A stretch of 64,000 nt of DNA from Phoronis australis (Eukaryota > Animalia > Phoronida), in NCBI GenBank assembly GCA_002633005.1, contig NMRA01000707.1:22478-86477 (forward strand), read 5' to 3'. Under the pieces are notes generated by a model. The model was not told the DNA's origin and searched no databases. It saw nothing but the letters and a program-made list of their open reading frames with translations. The translations under genes and the position numbers were made by a program. This document shows positions 14,343 to 27,298 of this stretch, one piece after another; position 1 is the first letter of the stretch, and each line of letters opens with the position of its first letter.

Positions 14343-14373
14343 AAAATGTTCCTTTGGCTGCTCAAGAAGAAAG
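14343..14373 (+). CDS. 31-nt exon (isoform A) of CaaX-box membrane protein
   Basis: ttgttttttgcag|AA AAT GTT CCT TTG GCT GCT CAA GAA GAA AG|gtaagt; (E)NVPLAAQEE(S); phase 1 to 2; both splice sites strong. Confidence 0.65.
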
Positions 14374-17300
14374 GTAAGTGTTAGGGAAAAAGATGCCGAG
14401 CGGCCGACAGTAGTTAAGAAGGGCCCATTTCTTCCTACATGTATATATAGATTAACTTTAATCAAGCCATAAAGATACATGTTTCTTGTAATCGGCGATT
14501 TCAGAATCCTACTATGGACACAAAAGTAATGCTCAGAAGAGTGGAGTTATGACACGCTGTTTTTCCCTAAATAAATGCCATATTTTACCTCGGCGACACT
14601 TACGGCTTTCCAAAAAATAATAAATAAATAGCAAATAAAGCGGCCGAATGGGTAAATGTCTGCGTCTATGGAGGATGTTTTAAAAATATATGTGTTTTTT
14701 GTGGCGAAACTTTCTAAAAAGACATCCAAAGAAGTGTAACCATTTGTAACGAAGTTAACCGCAATGTTTTGCAATTTGTGACCGATAGCATGGAGTCTGT
14801 TTGACTAACAAAATTGTGAGACAACCTCAGCTTGACTCAGTCTTACCAAATTCGTTCTCAGAAGATCCGAGTCTATAGTAAAAATTTAGAACTGGCAGCC
14901 GCGAACGTGCGCAAAAGAGCTACTACGGGTCAAAAATACCTAGCATACGAGACCGTTTCAGAGTTTTTACTCAAGTTGGTACATGTAATTTGTTCCAAGT
15001 CATGCTAGCGTGCATTTTCATACTTTCGATAAATTATTGTGACCTACCTCTGTGTAACGAGGGCTCTGTCTGTCATTGCATTATTATCCAATTTAGGTTT
15101 GCACTAATTTACCGATCACGAGAGCGCGTGAAAGAACGACGGCACGGAGCTCCGTCAATCGGTCGAAAGTTGTAATTGACAGCAGCCGACGGGGTTACTC
15201 CAGCCATGATTTTAAAGCAGTTGTCTTCTATTATAATAGAGAAATGGGCGTCTAGAAGCTAATTTCTACTCTCAAAAGAATGTGGAACTATATGTCTTCA
15301 TGCACGCTCCCAGCCTTCACCATGGGGGCTCGAATTTCTGACGTTGTGGACCTTTTGGTAACAAAAAGAGCCTAGGGGACTGAAAAAAAAATAAAGAAAG
15401 AAAAAAGAAAAAAAAAAAAAAAAAACGAGAGCACCACTGCAAATTGCGCGTTTGCGCTTATTTAGGGACTTTTGTTCCATTTTGTCGGACTTATTGCCTC
15501 TCAGAGAGGAAGCTTTTTGCCCATTTTGCCAAATGGGGGGCTAATTCGAGTCCAGGAGCACCCCCCGCTGGGTGCGCGCATGGTCTTGAAGTTATTGATA
15601 ATCACCGGAAAAGATTTGTTTCAAGTTAGCACCGCACAAGAAACATGGCACTCCTAATTGGAAATAGAATTTCAAAAATCTAGCTGTTAGATTTCATTTA
15701 GTCGTTTGCAACACCGAGGATACAGTTTTGTAAACAAAAATTTAAAGCAACACCGCCTTGCTAAGGTTTGAAAATTTACTTCCGTGCTGTCCTTGGTTTA
15801 TAATAAAAATAGCTTAGAGGAATCGGTTTTAATTTAACCGCTTTGTATGATGACATTCTTCTCGGGTATGTCAGAAATTGTTTTTAAATGTTCAGTGACT
15901 GTCCCTTTAGACCCTAAAATAAGAGTTACATGGAAGTTGTTTGAAGTTTAATGCTGATCATGAGTAGGTCATTTCCGCTCATTGTTATAGCGAAATTTCG
16001 AAAAGGCCCCCTTTCATTGTTGTGATAAACACTGAGTGTCCAACAATGGTGAATAATCAGCGATCAGCACAGCTTACGAGAATATAAAACGACATTAACA
16101 GTTATTACTGGTGACAAGAATGTTCGGATTTTGATGACGTTGCCATGATGAATCGTGAGATACGCAGAGTCGGTATATTTAACCAGAATCGTTTTCATTT
16201 GCCGCGGTTAATTAATTACAGTTGACGTCATTGAGAGAAGCAGGTAAGTGGATTCAATGTGAACGTAAAAGGAAAAACAATCATCCTTGATCTTACAATA
16301 ATTGATTTTTACTTTTCATTTCACTAAAGGGAAAGTGAAAAGTGAAGAAATCCGCTTTAAAGCATTTACGCATCGTTTAAAAGTATACATTCTTCCACAG
16401 TGACCCTCTCTGGTTCCCTGCGTGCTTAACCCAGCCACTGCATAATTTAACGCCATGACACCAAGAACTTACAGTGTATGGTGTAGACTCCACTGCGCAT
16501 GGCCAAATTAATCTCCAGATTGTCCAGGGTCTTTAACGTTTCGGCCTGTCAGGAGGAGAATAGCACGCTTGCCAAACAGCATTTTTGAAGTGCGCATGAA
16601 TCATTACGTTGATTGGACCGAGTACAATACAAAATGGATTCCAATCGGGCGTTGGCAGGCGCCCTTACATTTGCAGTAATTGTAAAAGAATGACAGTTGA
16701 TTCCGTCGTCTAATCATCCCACTTGCGGACACCATCCCCGAAATAAAATATTTCAAAAAACTGAGGCAAACGGTTCCACTGCTGTGACTGCTTAAGATAA
16801 AAATATATAAACCAATGAAAATCACATGTAAAGTGTACTCATCAGATTGCACTACTAAAAGAAAAACGAGAAATGGAACCAACAGATGTCTGCATTATCC
16901 CTGACATCAAAGGGTTTATGGAGTAACGAGACAGGTTTTTGGTACTTAAAATTTGCCGTCTGTATCACATTTCTCCGTAAAACATGTGCATGACAAGTCC
17001 TCTCATACGTTGCGAATGTATGAATACGAACACAGAAACGTTATTTCAAGTGAGCGCAAACAAAAGTTCACTGCAACTTTTAAAAAACTCCGACAGTGGG
17101 CCCCCTTATAGCAAAGTTGTGTCGACCACTTGTCCCCAAGGACGGTAAATCCAGCACTTTTAGTTGACAAATATTCTCTAAAATCTGCTCTCTTCTTTCT
17201 TCTTAACTGCTTCTCACCCGCCGTTCGCATCAGTAGCACGCGTACCTCTTTTGCCCGCTTCCTAGGTAGATGATCTGTTTCAATAACACGATGCACGCAG

Positions 17301-17503
17301 AACATCAAACCTTCCTCGTGTTAGTTTTCAAATCAGGCAACAGTGGCGCTATTCATCAATGTAAATCGATAAACCCCTTGAAGCAAACGGTACTGTGCTT
17401 CCATTCAGCAGTAAGGCAGTGTGCGTCGATTTCGCCCACGACGTTCTCACTAACGTCGTGTTTTAACATCATATTTTGATCGAGGAAAACATGAGACGAT
17501 GAA

Positions 17504-17538
17504 ATGGGCACAAATGAGCAGGGCCAACGCAAGAAAAG
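17504..17538 (+). CDS. Alternative first coding exon (isoform B) of CaaX-box membrane protein
   Basis: AAA-ATG-G; MGTNEQGQRKK then AG|gtaagt, phase 2, in frame with the exon at 23952. Confidence 0.6.
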
Positions 17539-20500
17539 GTAAGTCCGGTAGCGCTAAATCCAGTCTAGGTTAAATGGTAGCACTGTTATTGCCATGGTTT
17601 AAAAAGTCGTTTATCGCGTCTGATAATATACAGGTCAGTGATACCAGTTTTTATTGTTGAGGAAAATATTTCAAGGTGAAGGCCTGAATTATAAAATGAA
17701 GTGTCATCGCTCTGTCAGCTCCTCGAAGGGCGTTGCAGGACATCTTGTTGCGTTATTAAGTTTGAAGTGAGAAGTCTAATTGCAAATTTGGCGGTCAGCA
17801 TTATTGAAGCTGAAAATTTGGATTTACCGCATGCGTAAAGTACACCTTACCTGTGACGGTTTTGTTAGATCGACGTGTCCGGTTTCAAGCCAGAGGCCTC
17901 TTCGCCCGAGGCGGCCGGCGGACTTCAACTGAGCATCTGAAATCACCATCATTGTCAAACACGCTGTCGGTGCTCTGACTTCAGATCTTTGTTTCCTCCG
18001 GGAAAAATTCTCGAATCAATCTATTCAACAGTCAGTCAATCAGTCAATCAATCAATCGAATAATCAATCAGATGACCTGATTCACTACACGGGCATGAGA
18101 CTAGGCAACAATACGGACTGATGAAAACGACCAGAGACAACTAGGCCTAATTTGGACAGCCTTTACTGACAGATTAGTTTAGTTTTGTCACCATTCTGGT
18201 AAGCTTACTTTAAGCGAAGATAGCACAAAAATCAAAGCAAAATAGCTTCATTTAACTTCAACAGACCTCTCGTCGATCATTCTTTATGAGTTTCAACCAT
18301 CCACAGTAGCAAACGACATTTTGTCTTCTCTATTACAACTTTGTGCGACATTTTTTCATGATTAAGCATCCCGGTATGTTTGCTTACCAATTAAAAATTC
18401 ATAGTGACATTTGGGGCTCAATAATCAGGCCGAGCTCCTATTTTGCTCAGTTTTTTCAGTGAGTATTTGTTGTCACACCTTGCGTGAACAATTCTTCGAC
18501 TGCCGGGCAACCAGCAATCAAAATCACAGCTTGAGCATTTCCAAAAAAGTTATGTCGTTGATGACACAATACTTTACGAATTGTTTTGATTGTTTATTGC
18601 AATCATAATCAGAGCACTTGATAAGTAAAATGTTAGTATAGGGAGGTAGACTGGAGATTTAGCAATAGTATACGAAGCATTTTGTTCTAGGGAAATTAGC
18701 TAGTCCTGCCGACTTACATGTAATCACCTGATTTAGTCTGTGGAAAAATGAATAACTTGTTTGCTTCACAATCGACGTGGCCTATTGCAAACTCGTAAGG
18801 GTGGGAAAGCAATTGCCACGGTAACAGAAGCCATGCAACACGGTCAATGTTAACTTGACCACAAACTTAGAGTGCTTTACACCTCTTGGAAAATTTCGCA
18901 TTTATACATTCTAGTAATAATGATAACGATGATATCATTATATCAACATTTCCTTTTTTGCTAAAAGTTAGCCTGGTGTTAATTTGCAATGACACGAAGG
19001 AATAAATACGTTTAACAATTGTTTTCTTGTCGCCAGACCTTTTTCTTAGCATTCGTCTTCGACTAAAGAACACGCGCAGTGTAGTCATTCATATGTGTGT
19101 TAAAAAGGTAAGTTGTCACTGGACTGATAGTCCCAAGTTATGATCCACAGTTGGTTGTCCCTTCGTTGTGAACGTGCAGCTCACCTGGGAACTGTACCCG
19201 CTAGTGTTCACTAAACGTTTCACACATCACTTGACAACAATTGAAAGAATTATAAAGTAAATACTAATATACCGCATTCTATGGGCGCTAAATCCGTGCA
19301 GAAGGCGTGTACGTTTAACGTGTGTTTATATAACACAATGGTATTATTATAAACAGAATATCTTTGAAACCTTTATAAAGGATTAAATTGACTGCTAAGT
19401 GCCAGTTTGTTGATGGAAACTTATTGATAGAAACTGAGAGTGTTTACATCGTTATTGTTACGGGTTCACAGGCAGATCGGGGTTATATTTTCAACGCCAG
19501 GGATTTAGGTTAACCCGTACGAAATTAAGAAAATAAGTCAACGTTATTCTAATCAGGAGCTCTGATAAAGGACTGGCGATTCTCTTGTTAAGAATTTCAG
19601 TCGGTGGCGAGAAGGATCTTTCGTGACATGTGTCGTAAGGAATTTGTAGTAGGCCTACACTTGATTTAACATTGTCCACTGGAAATTTGCAGTTTGCGAG
19701 AATGAAGTTCATTTGACGAAATACCTTGACGCAAATTTACGAACACATTTGTGTTGTGATGCTCCTTTGCTAGATTCAGCTTGGGTGAGACGACTTGCAG
19801 CCAACTGCATGCTCGTCGACGTTAATACCAATCTCACCATCATAGGTAGTAGACTTGGGATTGCGAAAGTAAATCTGTGTATTTTTCTTCTTCCAACCGG
19901 TAGCACACACCCGGTTCTTTATTTAGAATGCGCTACAAAATTAAGTGAGCGCAGTGCATCGAAACAGTTCCAGATAGCCGGACCACTTATAAATACTCTA
20001 ACCAAGAATCTATGGCTTTACGCCATGGGCACAACTTGAGGAGATCGACCAAATCCTATGGTTTTCAGTGGACCCAGAACAACGCGGAACGGACCTCTGA
20101 ATTGCTTTGATGGCCGCACTATTTAATACAGCGACCATGGCTCGGATAGGCCCACTGCATGCAGCCAGGAACTACAATACCGTGGCTCACGGAAATATGT
20201 GGAGAGTTTCTCATCCCTTCAGCGTAATTGCAAATGGCGTTATTGTTGTGTCTTGAGGACGTAAGCCCCAAAATAACGTCTGTCTGTGCATTCGCGCGAT
20301 TAATTGAAAGAGTTCGCCTGCCTAACGATACTCGGACTCCCACTACGGAAGATCTCGGCTTGAGTGATGTACAGAGGAGAAGATGATCTGAAAAAAAAAT
20401 AATTTCTGACAAACAGCCTTTCGCATAAACAATGAGCCGCACTTGTGTTATAACCTGGAAATGTGTACATAAAGTAACCATCAAAATAAAATACGAACAT

Positions 20501-23085
20501 TTGACATTTACTTCATTGACTGCACCGTTGTTCAAACAGTCGCAACGTCTGTTGGTTGCGTTCGTCTGGCATCAGGTCTAAGACCACAGTTTAGGGCCGT
20601 TTGTACATGTCGCTCCCAAAAACGAAGAAAATGGAGTGAGTCTTGGTTGGCGGCAGTTTTTGAGGACTAACCGGGAAGTGATTGTCACCAATGTTTGTCA
20701 ATAGTTCCTTGAAGTTGTTTTGAGCAAATGAAGTCCAGTCTGCTCTTATGTACCGGATACGGAAGTCCCGCCATTTTTAGAGCGTTGTATTCTTGCTCAG
20801 TGGGAAATGTTTGGCACGAATCCAAGAAGCCTTCACACAACTAGAATTTAACAAAAAATCTGGTTGGCAATGACCTATTTTTGCGTAAGTGTCTGAAATC
20901 TAAAGTGCAAGAATTCATTTGGCTTCTTGTCTCCTCCGTTATACCAGGGAGAGGTGAATTTGTGATTTCAGGTACAAAAAGGTCAAAACTGCAATTTCTT
21001 CAGGCCATTTTTGGCATCTCATTTTTTGCCGGTGGACATAGCCAGGCAAAATACATGACTTTGTTGATTTTTCCTCTTTCAGAAATCCCATGGAGTGTGC
21101 ATTATATGTCTTTTTTCATGTGGCTTGAGGCAGTGTGTAAACAAGGGTTTTATTGACCAAGAATGCGACTGACAACGTCAAAATCAGCCACTGTGGCTTT
21201 TGCCCTCAAGTTTTAACTTACATAAAGCACACTGGGCTCAAAACAACTTCAATGTCCAACTACTGAATATCATTCGTGGCAAAGGCAATCATTCTCCCTG
21301 CCTAGTTCACAAAATCCCCGTCACTTCATTTTCTTTAGTTTTTTGGGTGCCTACGAAGGCCCCGAACGCAGGAAGTCTTCCGCAATTCCGCAGTGCGCAT
21401 GCCCGATTTGTAGTGCCTCGATACACAAACACGTGCGTACTAAAGCAAAAATGCATGTCTAAATTCTTGATGGATACCAATATTTTACTGTTTTACTGCG
21501 CACTCCTGGTTGAATTTTGAACAAAGTATTGGAGCTATGTTACATGATCAGGATGAAAATATCTTATATAATCACTGCTGAAATTTAGGAAAACATGTCT
21601 TAGGAGGTGTTCCAGTGAGCAAGAATGCTGCTGAGTAAGATAATTTGCTTTAATGCTGTTTTCACCTCCGTTAATGGTACTGAGAACATAAATAAAGCTA
21701 AGGTCAGCGCAATCGAATGTTAATTCGCATATTCGCCGATTTAATGAGGTAAAGAGAACTGAATTTACGTGGGTGGTTACGCATAAATCTTCACGTGCCA
21801 GATAGGTATTTTGATGCCAAGACCCTTTTAACCGAACAGAAAAAGCTCTTAGTCAAAAATGCAATCGTCATCCTTAATCAAGAGTTTGCCCGATCGGGTC
21901 AGTTGATTACCCACTTTTTATTACAGTGGCTGCGAGGAAATCGTTGGATTTCGCATTTCGAGCCGTTCGTGTTGCAAATTTAACGTGGCAGCTGCAAAAG
22001 TTTGTCTTAATATAATCCGACATTTCCGCTGTGAGTTATCGACTCTTGTAGGCAAAAACTCCAGTTTTCCGATGACAAGGCCATTTGTAAACGTGGTACG
22101 GAAAATAATGTGCCAGAAAATAACCTACGTTGAGACTGTCAAACATGCAATCTAGGACTTGTATTGGTAGTTACAAATTACATTGGTTCCAGAAGTCAGC
22201 AAAATGATGCCGTGGATTAGTTCTGTCTGTCTGTGGCAGCTGAGAACGAGGCTTCGAGGTACTAAACCCAGGCCTCAAACGCCGGTCAAAAATGAGCTCG
22301 GGCAGAGGAGAGATAAATATATATTATGGGAAATTCCATGAATCGGCTGGGTTACATGTTCTGCTGCATAACAATCATTTAACGTGAGAAATACAGGCTT
22401 AGACGGGATGACGAGAAGCTAACTAACAAGAATCATATTTCTTTAAATATTTTCTAAAATACTAAGTTTTAGCCCGTGGAACCAAAAACATCCAAGTTCC
22501 CTGTTGAGCTTGGAAACATATTGCGTGCACGAAAATAGTGCCTACTGTCAAACAACACGTGTTCTTTTCTTGGAAATCGTATTTTTATGGAAAGTTGGAA
22601 GCTCTGACATTTTCTTTTAAGATATTTAAGCAAACCATCGTTTGTCAGCATAGATTACTGGCCACGAGACCTTAAAGGGAAACCTCCTCCAGACTTCGAG
22701 TTCCTGAGTGTAGCTAAATGAATGAATAAACAGAATTTGTAACTTTCGTGTAAATGATTCCACGTCTGTAGAATTTATGACAATCAGGATAAGATATTTA
22801 AATAAAATCCGAATGACTACAAACGCTAGAGCATCGTTTGCGTGCGTATAATGTGTTTACCAAGGATATGTATGGTTTCACTCGTTAAACCTTAACATTT
22901 TAGACAATATTTAATGAGTAATTTGATGATCATTGGTAGTCAGTTGCACGGGGGTGTGATATAAATAAATAAATCCTCAGCCAGCTCGTTTACTCTGTGG
23001 GCAAACACTAGCGCATGATTAATTTCACTTAGATCTCACCAGATTATCTACCAAAGTAACCACATGTTATATTGTTGGACAAAAA

Positions 23086-23675
23086 AGCATGACATTGTCT
23101 AGTACTATCGGGCATCAAAAGCAACGGCAAGCAACCGTTTCTACTTTTGACAACTTCGTCTGCTTTTCTTACTCCGGAGATGTCCCTTTGCCGAACTATT
23201 TTGAGCAAGCTCGCGAAATGTCATGGATTTCTTCGACATAATGTTGATCGGCAGTTCTAGGCCCGGCCAGCCGACTAGTGGACGAGAGAGTCTCGCCACC
23301 TGGTGACTGATCCGACACTCTTTTCCAGTACTACGAGGTATTTCCGTATAGGTTACACTGTGACAGAGGGTAGGACCCCTTATTATGTTACACAAATCGG
23401 ATCAGATTATCTGCCCACGTAACTACTTTCGGCATTTTCAGGCGAAATAATAGCATGACATTTTCTTGTACTATCGGATAGAGAAGCCACGGCAAGCAAC
23501 CATTACTGCTTTTGATAGTTTACAGGCTTTATTTCGTTTGTATCTCTTTCTAGTAAATTTCCAAACTATCTTTGACCGAACTCGCGAAATGCCGTCGATT
23601 TCCCCGACATTTCGTTTTGTTTGGCAGTTCTCACTAGCCGAATCATGGACCAGACGGTATCGCCACCTTGTAACA
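23086..23675 (+). repeat. Diverged direct repeat, period about 366 bp
   Basis: AGCATGACATT.TCT.GTACTATCGG...ACGGCAAGCAACC...CTCGCGAAATG...GGCAGTTCT...CGCCACCT occurs at 23086-23305 and 23452-23675. Confidence 0.75.
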
Positions 23676-23951
23676 CCAGCCAACTGCGAAATCAGTTTAT
23701 GCTGCGAATTGAAATTTCCCTCCATTGCCCGGACATCCGCAGTGTTGAATGTAGACTTGTCCAGATCGAACATTGATTGGCTCTCGATGACAACTTTCGG
23801 TTAACAGGTCAATCAGAGACCTTAGCTGGTTGATCCGGCTAAACCGGCGAAGTGAAAAAAGGAGATTATGTATCACGCTTTGTCATCAAGGATCGGCTTC
23901 TAGAACAATATGGCCGAAAGAAAATGCATGTTCTTGTTTCGTTGTTTTCAG

Positions 23952-24089
23952 CGTTACCTTTGGAGATCACGGTTCGTTGATCGAGACGTTAATCGACGAC
24001 TCTAGCGTGACGGAAATTAATCATAACTACAAGGAGTCGACAGAACACAAGGTCTACCCTAAAGAAAAGTTTGTCTCCGATGAGGCACG
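23952..24089 (+). CDS. Internal exon of CaaX-box membrane protein
   Basis: ttcgttgttttcag|C...CG|gtatgt, 138 nt, phase 2-2; (S)VTFGDHGSLIETLIDDSSVTEINHNYKESTEHKVYPKEKFVSDEA(R). Confidence 0.75.
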
Positions 24090-24280
24090 GTATGTAGCAT
24101 TCTACTGCTTTAATCTAAATATCAGTTCTGTCATCCTCACCATCTCAAAGTCCATCTATGGTTACCGAGTCACACTCATACCTACCTCAGATCGTTCTAA
24201 AAACGGAAATGATTTCTTTCTCAAAATAGATCATTCAGGCCAGCGGGATTCAAATAGAATATCGAAAAGCCACTAAAACT

Positions 24281-24356
24281 NNNNNNNNNNNNNNNNNNNN
24301 NNNNNNNNNNNNNNNNNNNNNNNNNNNNNNNNNNNNNNNNNNNNNNNNNNNNNNNN
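24281..24356. other. Assembly gap
   Basis: Run of N. Confidence 0.99.
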
Positions 24357-25177
24357 AACACCGCTAGTAAACGTCCCAAAAATCGGGATGCTTTGTGAGC
24401 TCTCTTCTTCAGTTGTGGAAATGACGCAAACGTTTTTTTTTTATGGCAAACGATTTTTGAGACTACTCTGTTAGAGGTAATCAGCTCAATATTTTGATAT
24501 ATAAACTGCAAGTGCTGTGTATGAAGAAAACGCCCATTTAAAGCCAAATTTAACGTATACGGAAATCTTAATCCTGCGCATGCCTTGAACGAATATGCGG
24601 AAACATGTTATCGCTAGTTGCACAACATAAACTCAAATACCTTTCAAGTGACATATATGTACTAGAAACCTTCAGACACTCCAAAACACAAATTGAGCGC
24701 ATGTTCTTATATTACCTGTCGGCGTTTAGTGAATGCGGTGAAAAGTTGTGTTGGTCGGGTAACGTAGGTTGCGTTCTGGAGTCCAAGATTCTCGTACATG
24801 TAGATTAAAAGCGAAATCACGACGTAAATGTAAGACCACGGGAAACCACGCTATTATAAAACGAGTGTTTCGCTAGAACATGTATGCTCAAGACCTTACA
24901 AGTAGTGTAACCTAGCAAAAATGACGGCTACTGGAAGGATTGATCTTTTGAGCGAGGTTGGAATGATGAATCATAGGATAAATTAACACTCCTTTGGAAT
25001 AGAATTTACAGCTTCTGTTTCACAATGGAAGATTTTTCGCCGCAAGTACAAACTAACATATTTGTTCTACGGAACGCAGCCCTGCTATACCGTAATCCAT
25101 TACACACTGGGCTCTGGTGCATTAGAAAGTGATTTGTCTCCGAACCAATGTCGGCCGCAAAAAATCACTCACTCACT

Positions 25178-25248
25178 GCATACTTAGAAACACAGTATAA
25201 AATCCCCTGTAGCATACTTAGAACCACAGTTTAAAATCCCCTGTAGCA
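25178..25248 (+). repeat. 34-bp tandem duplication
   Basis: GCATACTTAGAA(A/C)CACAGT(A/T)TAAAATCCCCTGTA, two copies. Confidence 0.9.
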
Positions 25249-26215
25249 AGGTTAACGCACCCGTCTGTCAAGTACTTGGGCTATCATTGAATTGGTCATC
25301 GCAGCTCTCTCTCCCTCTCTCAGCCGCTGTCATCTGCAAAAAGTTGGCGTACATGTACTTCATAGGGTTTACGTGACTTAGAAATTGACGTTAGTGTTTG
25401 CTAGAGTGGCGCTTTCTTAATCTTTCTTAGAGTTTTTACGCCGTGCACCTTCAAATTAGATGTGATGCAGCAGTCGTAGCGAGACTGGTTGTCTGTGTTC
25501 TTGAGTTCATTATCCTAAACTCCAAGTAGATGTCTGAGCCAGCCGGTGACGTAATTAAGAGAACGGAGTGCTAGCTGATTGCTGGGTGAACTATTAGATA
25601 CAAATCTACCCCGCGCTAAGACATTTCGTTTTCGCGCAAATGTGTTTTCAGTAAGGTTTGTTCTGACCTTAATTAGAAAAGCCAACGAGCAGATAATGTT
25701 TTTCGTCTGCTTTTCAATGTGAGACTTTCAGCAAGCAATGACAGCTGATTACATAAAGCCGGTGACTCTTATCTCCACCTGGCTGTACCAGGAGGTACCC
25801 GATCGCTGTGAGTGAAGCATCTTTGATTCATGAAAAGACCCTTTTACAGTGTATGCTATTTGGCGTGAGATGTTTTAAATGAAAGTGAAATCGCCTGCTC
25901 GTCCTGGAGGTCTCTCGTTACTCAGTGTTTTAAATGTGCATGATTATATTATAAAGCCAAGACTGCGCATAGTTTGATTTCTGATTTGAAACCTGTAAAT
26001 ATCAGTTTATTCAGTTGAGTATTTCGCCCTCCGGCCTATATACCCAATGAGTAAATACAAGTACATAACCAACAGCAAAAAATTGATATGAAACTCGAAA
26101 TTTAGTTAAGAACTATGTTTCTCGCAATTGATACAAATGTACTTATGCATCCACCGAGCGAAATATGCTACAGGAATTCATCAAGTAAAATTATCGCCTC
26201 CTTAGTTCAAAATGA

Positions 26216-26396
26216 CCTGTCTACCAACTCAGATTGTTCGTAGATCGCATGCCACTCATCGGTGCGTGTAGACAAGTTTTCCGACTCGACTTTTCGAGCT
26301 AAAAAGTCGTATGCAAAGTCGCTTCTGCGAGTCGCAACGTGTGGTATGAAAGTCGTATATCAAGCGGTCAAAGAATAATCGGCGTGTGTAGACAGG
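26216..26396. mobile_element. Possible small MITE
   Basis: CCTGTCTAC ... GTAGACAGG 9-bp inverted termini, with an internal repeat of GTGTAGACA near 26266. Confidence 0.35.
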
Positions 26397-26886
26397 AATT
26401 AACCTTCTGAGAGATATTAAACTTTCTTTAAGTTTCACCTTATTTTGGACAGATTGCGTCTTTAATATTCCATAGCTTCAGTAAATACCTGTATAGGGCA
26501 GAAACACTTTGAAATTTGTGTGAAAGAACATATATATATTCTCATACAATTTCAAAAAGTCAAACAGCAATCGATAACATTTGTCAATGTCAATGACATC
26601 ATGATACACCACCTTTACCTACTGTCCGAAATGCAACACAAATTGACATCAATTTATCATTCAATGTATTGGGTGCAATGCTAAAGCCCGACAACTGTGA
26701 ACCACACAGAGCAACCGGACAAAGCATCCAAAAATTGCAACCGCTGTGAGAAGCACTTTTCAAACTGGGACATACATCAAGACTACTTCAGGAGACGCAA
26801 GATTCAAACAAAATGAAATTCAACAAAATTCAATAAAAAGAAATACTGTAGAACGTTTTACTAATACGAACTTTTCAAACATACAT

Positions 26887-27027
26887 CAGGGAGGGATCCA
26901 GGATTTTTAGTAAGGTGGGTCAGGGCAGAGTATTAGCCAGGATTTTGCCCGTCAGACTTCCGCACCCCAAACTTCTAAATGGAATCTGGGAGAATTTTAG
27001 GGGGGCCCTCCTCTAAGTCCGCCACTG
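26887..27027. mobile_element. Short hAT-like MITE with the same terminal family
   Basis: CAGGGAGGGATCCAGG ... CTAAGTCCGCCACTG degenerate inverted termini; right end shares TCCGCCACTG with the element ending at 32338; TSD imperfect (tacat/tgtat). Confidence 0.55.
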
Positions 27028-27139
27028 TGTATTTCAGCTAAGACTATATTAGAAACTGTTGGGCAGCACATTTTAGAAATGCGCTGCAGAACGTGTGGGA
27101 CCTTTCACTTATCTGAACATATATCTGTTATCTGCTTAG

Positions 27140-27298
27140 TGATCTCCAAGACGACTTTACTGACATAAATCCACCCAAAAATCGCGTCAAGTTTTCCGAG
27201 GAAGACCTACTTCACACCAATAGGAGCGAAGCAGTGTCTATCGACGAAGACCCCGAAGATGAATTTGAACCAATAGGAATAATGCGCCGTGCACCGAG
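27140..27298 (+). CDS. Internal exon of CaaX-box membrane protein, containing an RVxF motif
   Basis: tctgcttag|T...AG|gtaagt, 159 nt, phase 2-2; DLQDDFTDINPPKNRVKFSEEDLLHTNRSEAVSIDEDPEDEFEPIGIMRRAP(S). Confidence 0.8.

Noticed and set aside
14079-14384. His/Cys-rich ORF
   Set aside because: It is a translation of a degenerate CAT/CGT repeat; only the 31-nt exon, in another frame, is supported.
19040-19113. AAG|gtaagt donor as another coding exon of the CaaX gene
   Set aside because: The phase-2 frame has an upstream stop and the nearby ATG is phase 0; at most a non-coding exon.
19700-20535. Overlapping ORFs and a strong - strand acceptor near 20388
   Set aside because: No recognisable protein motif or partner exons.
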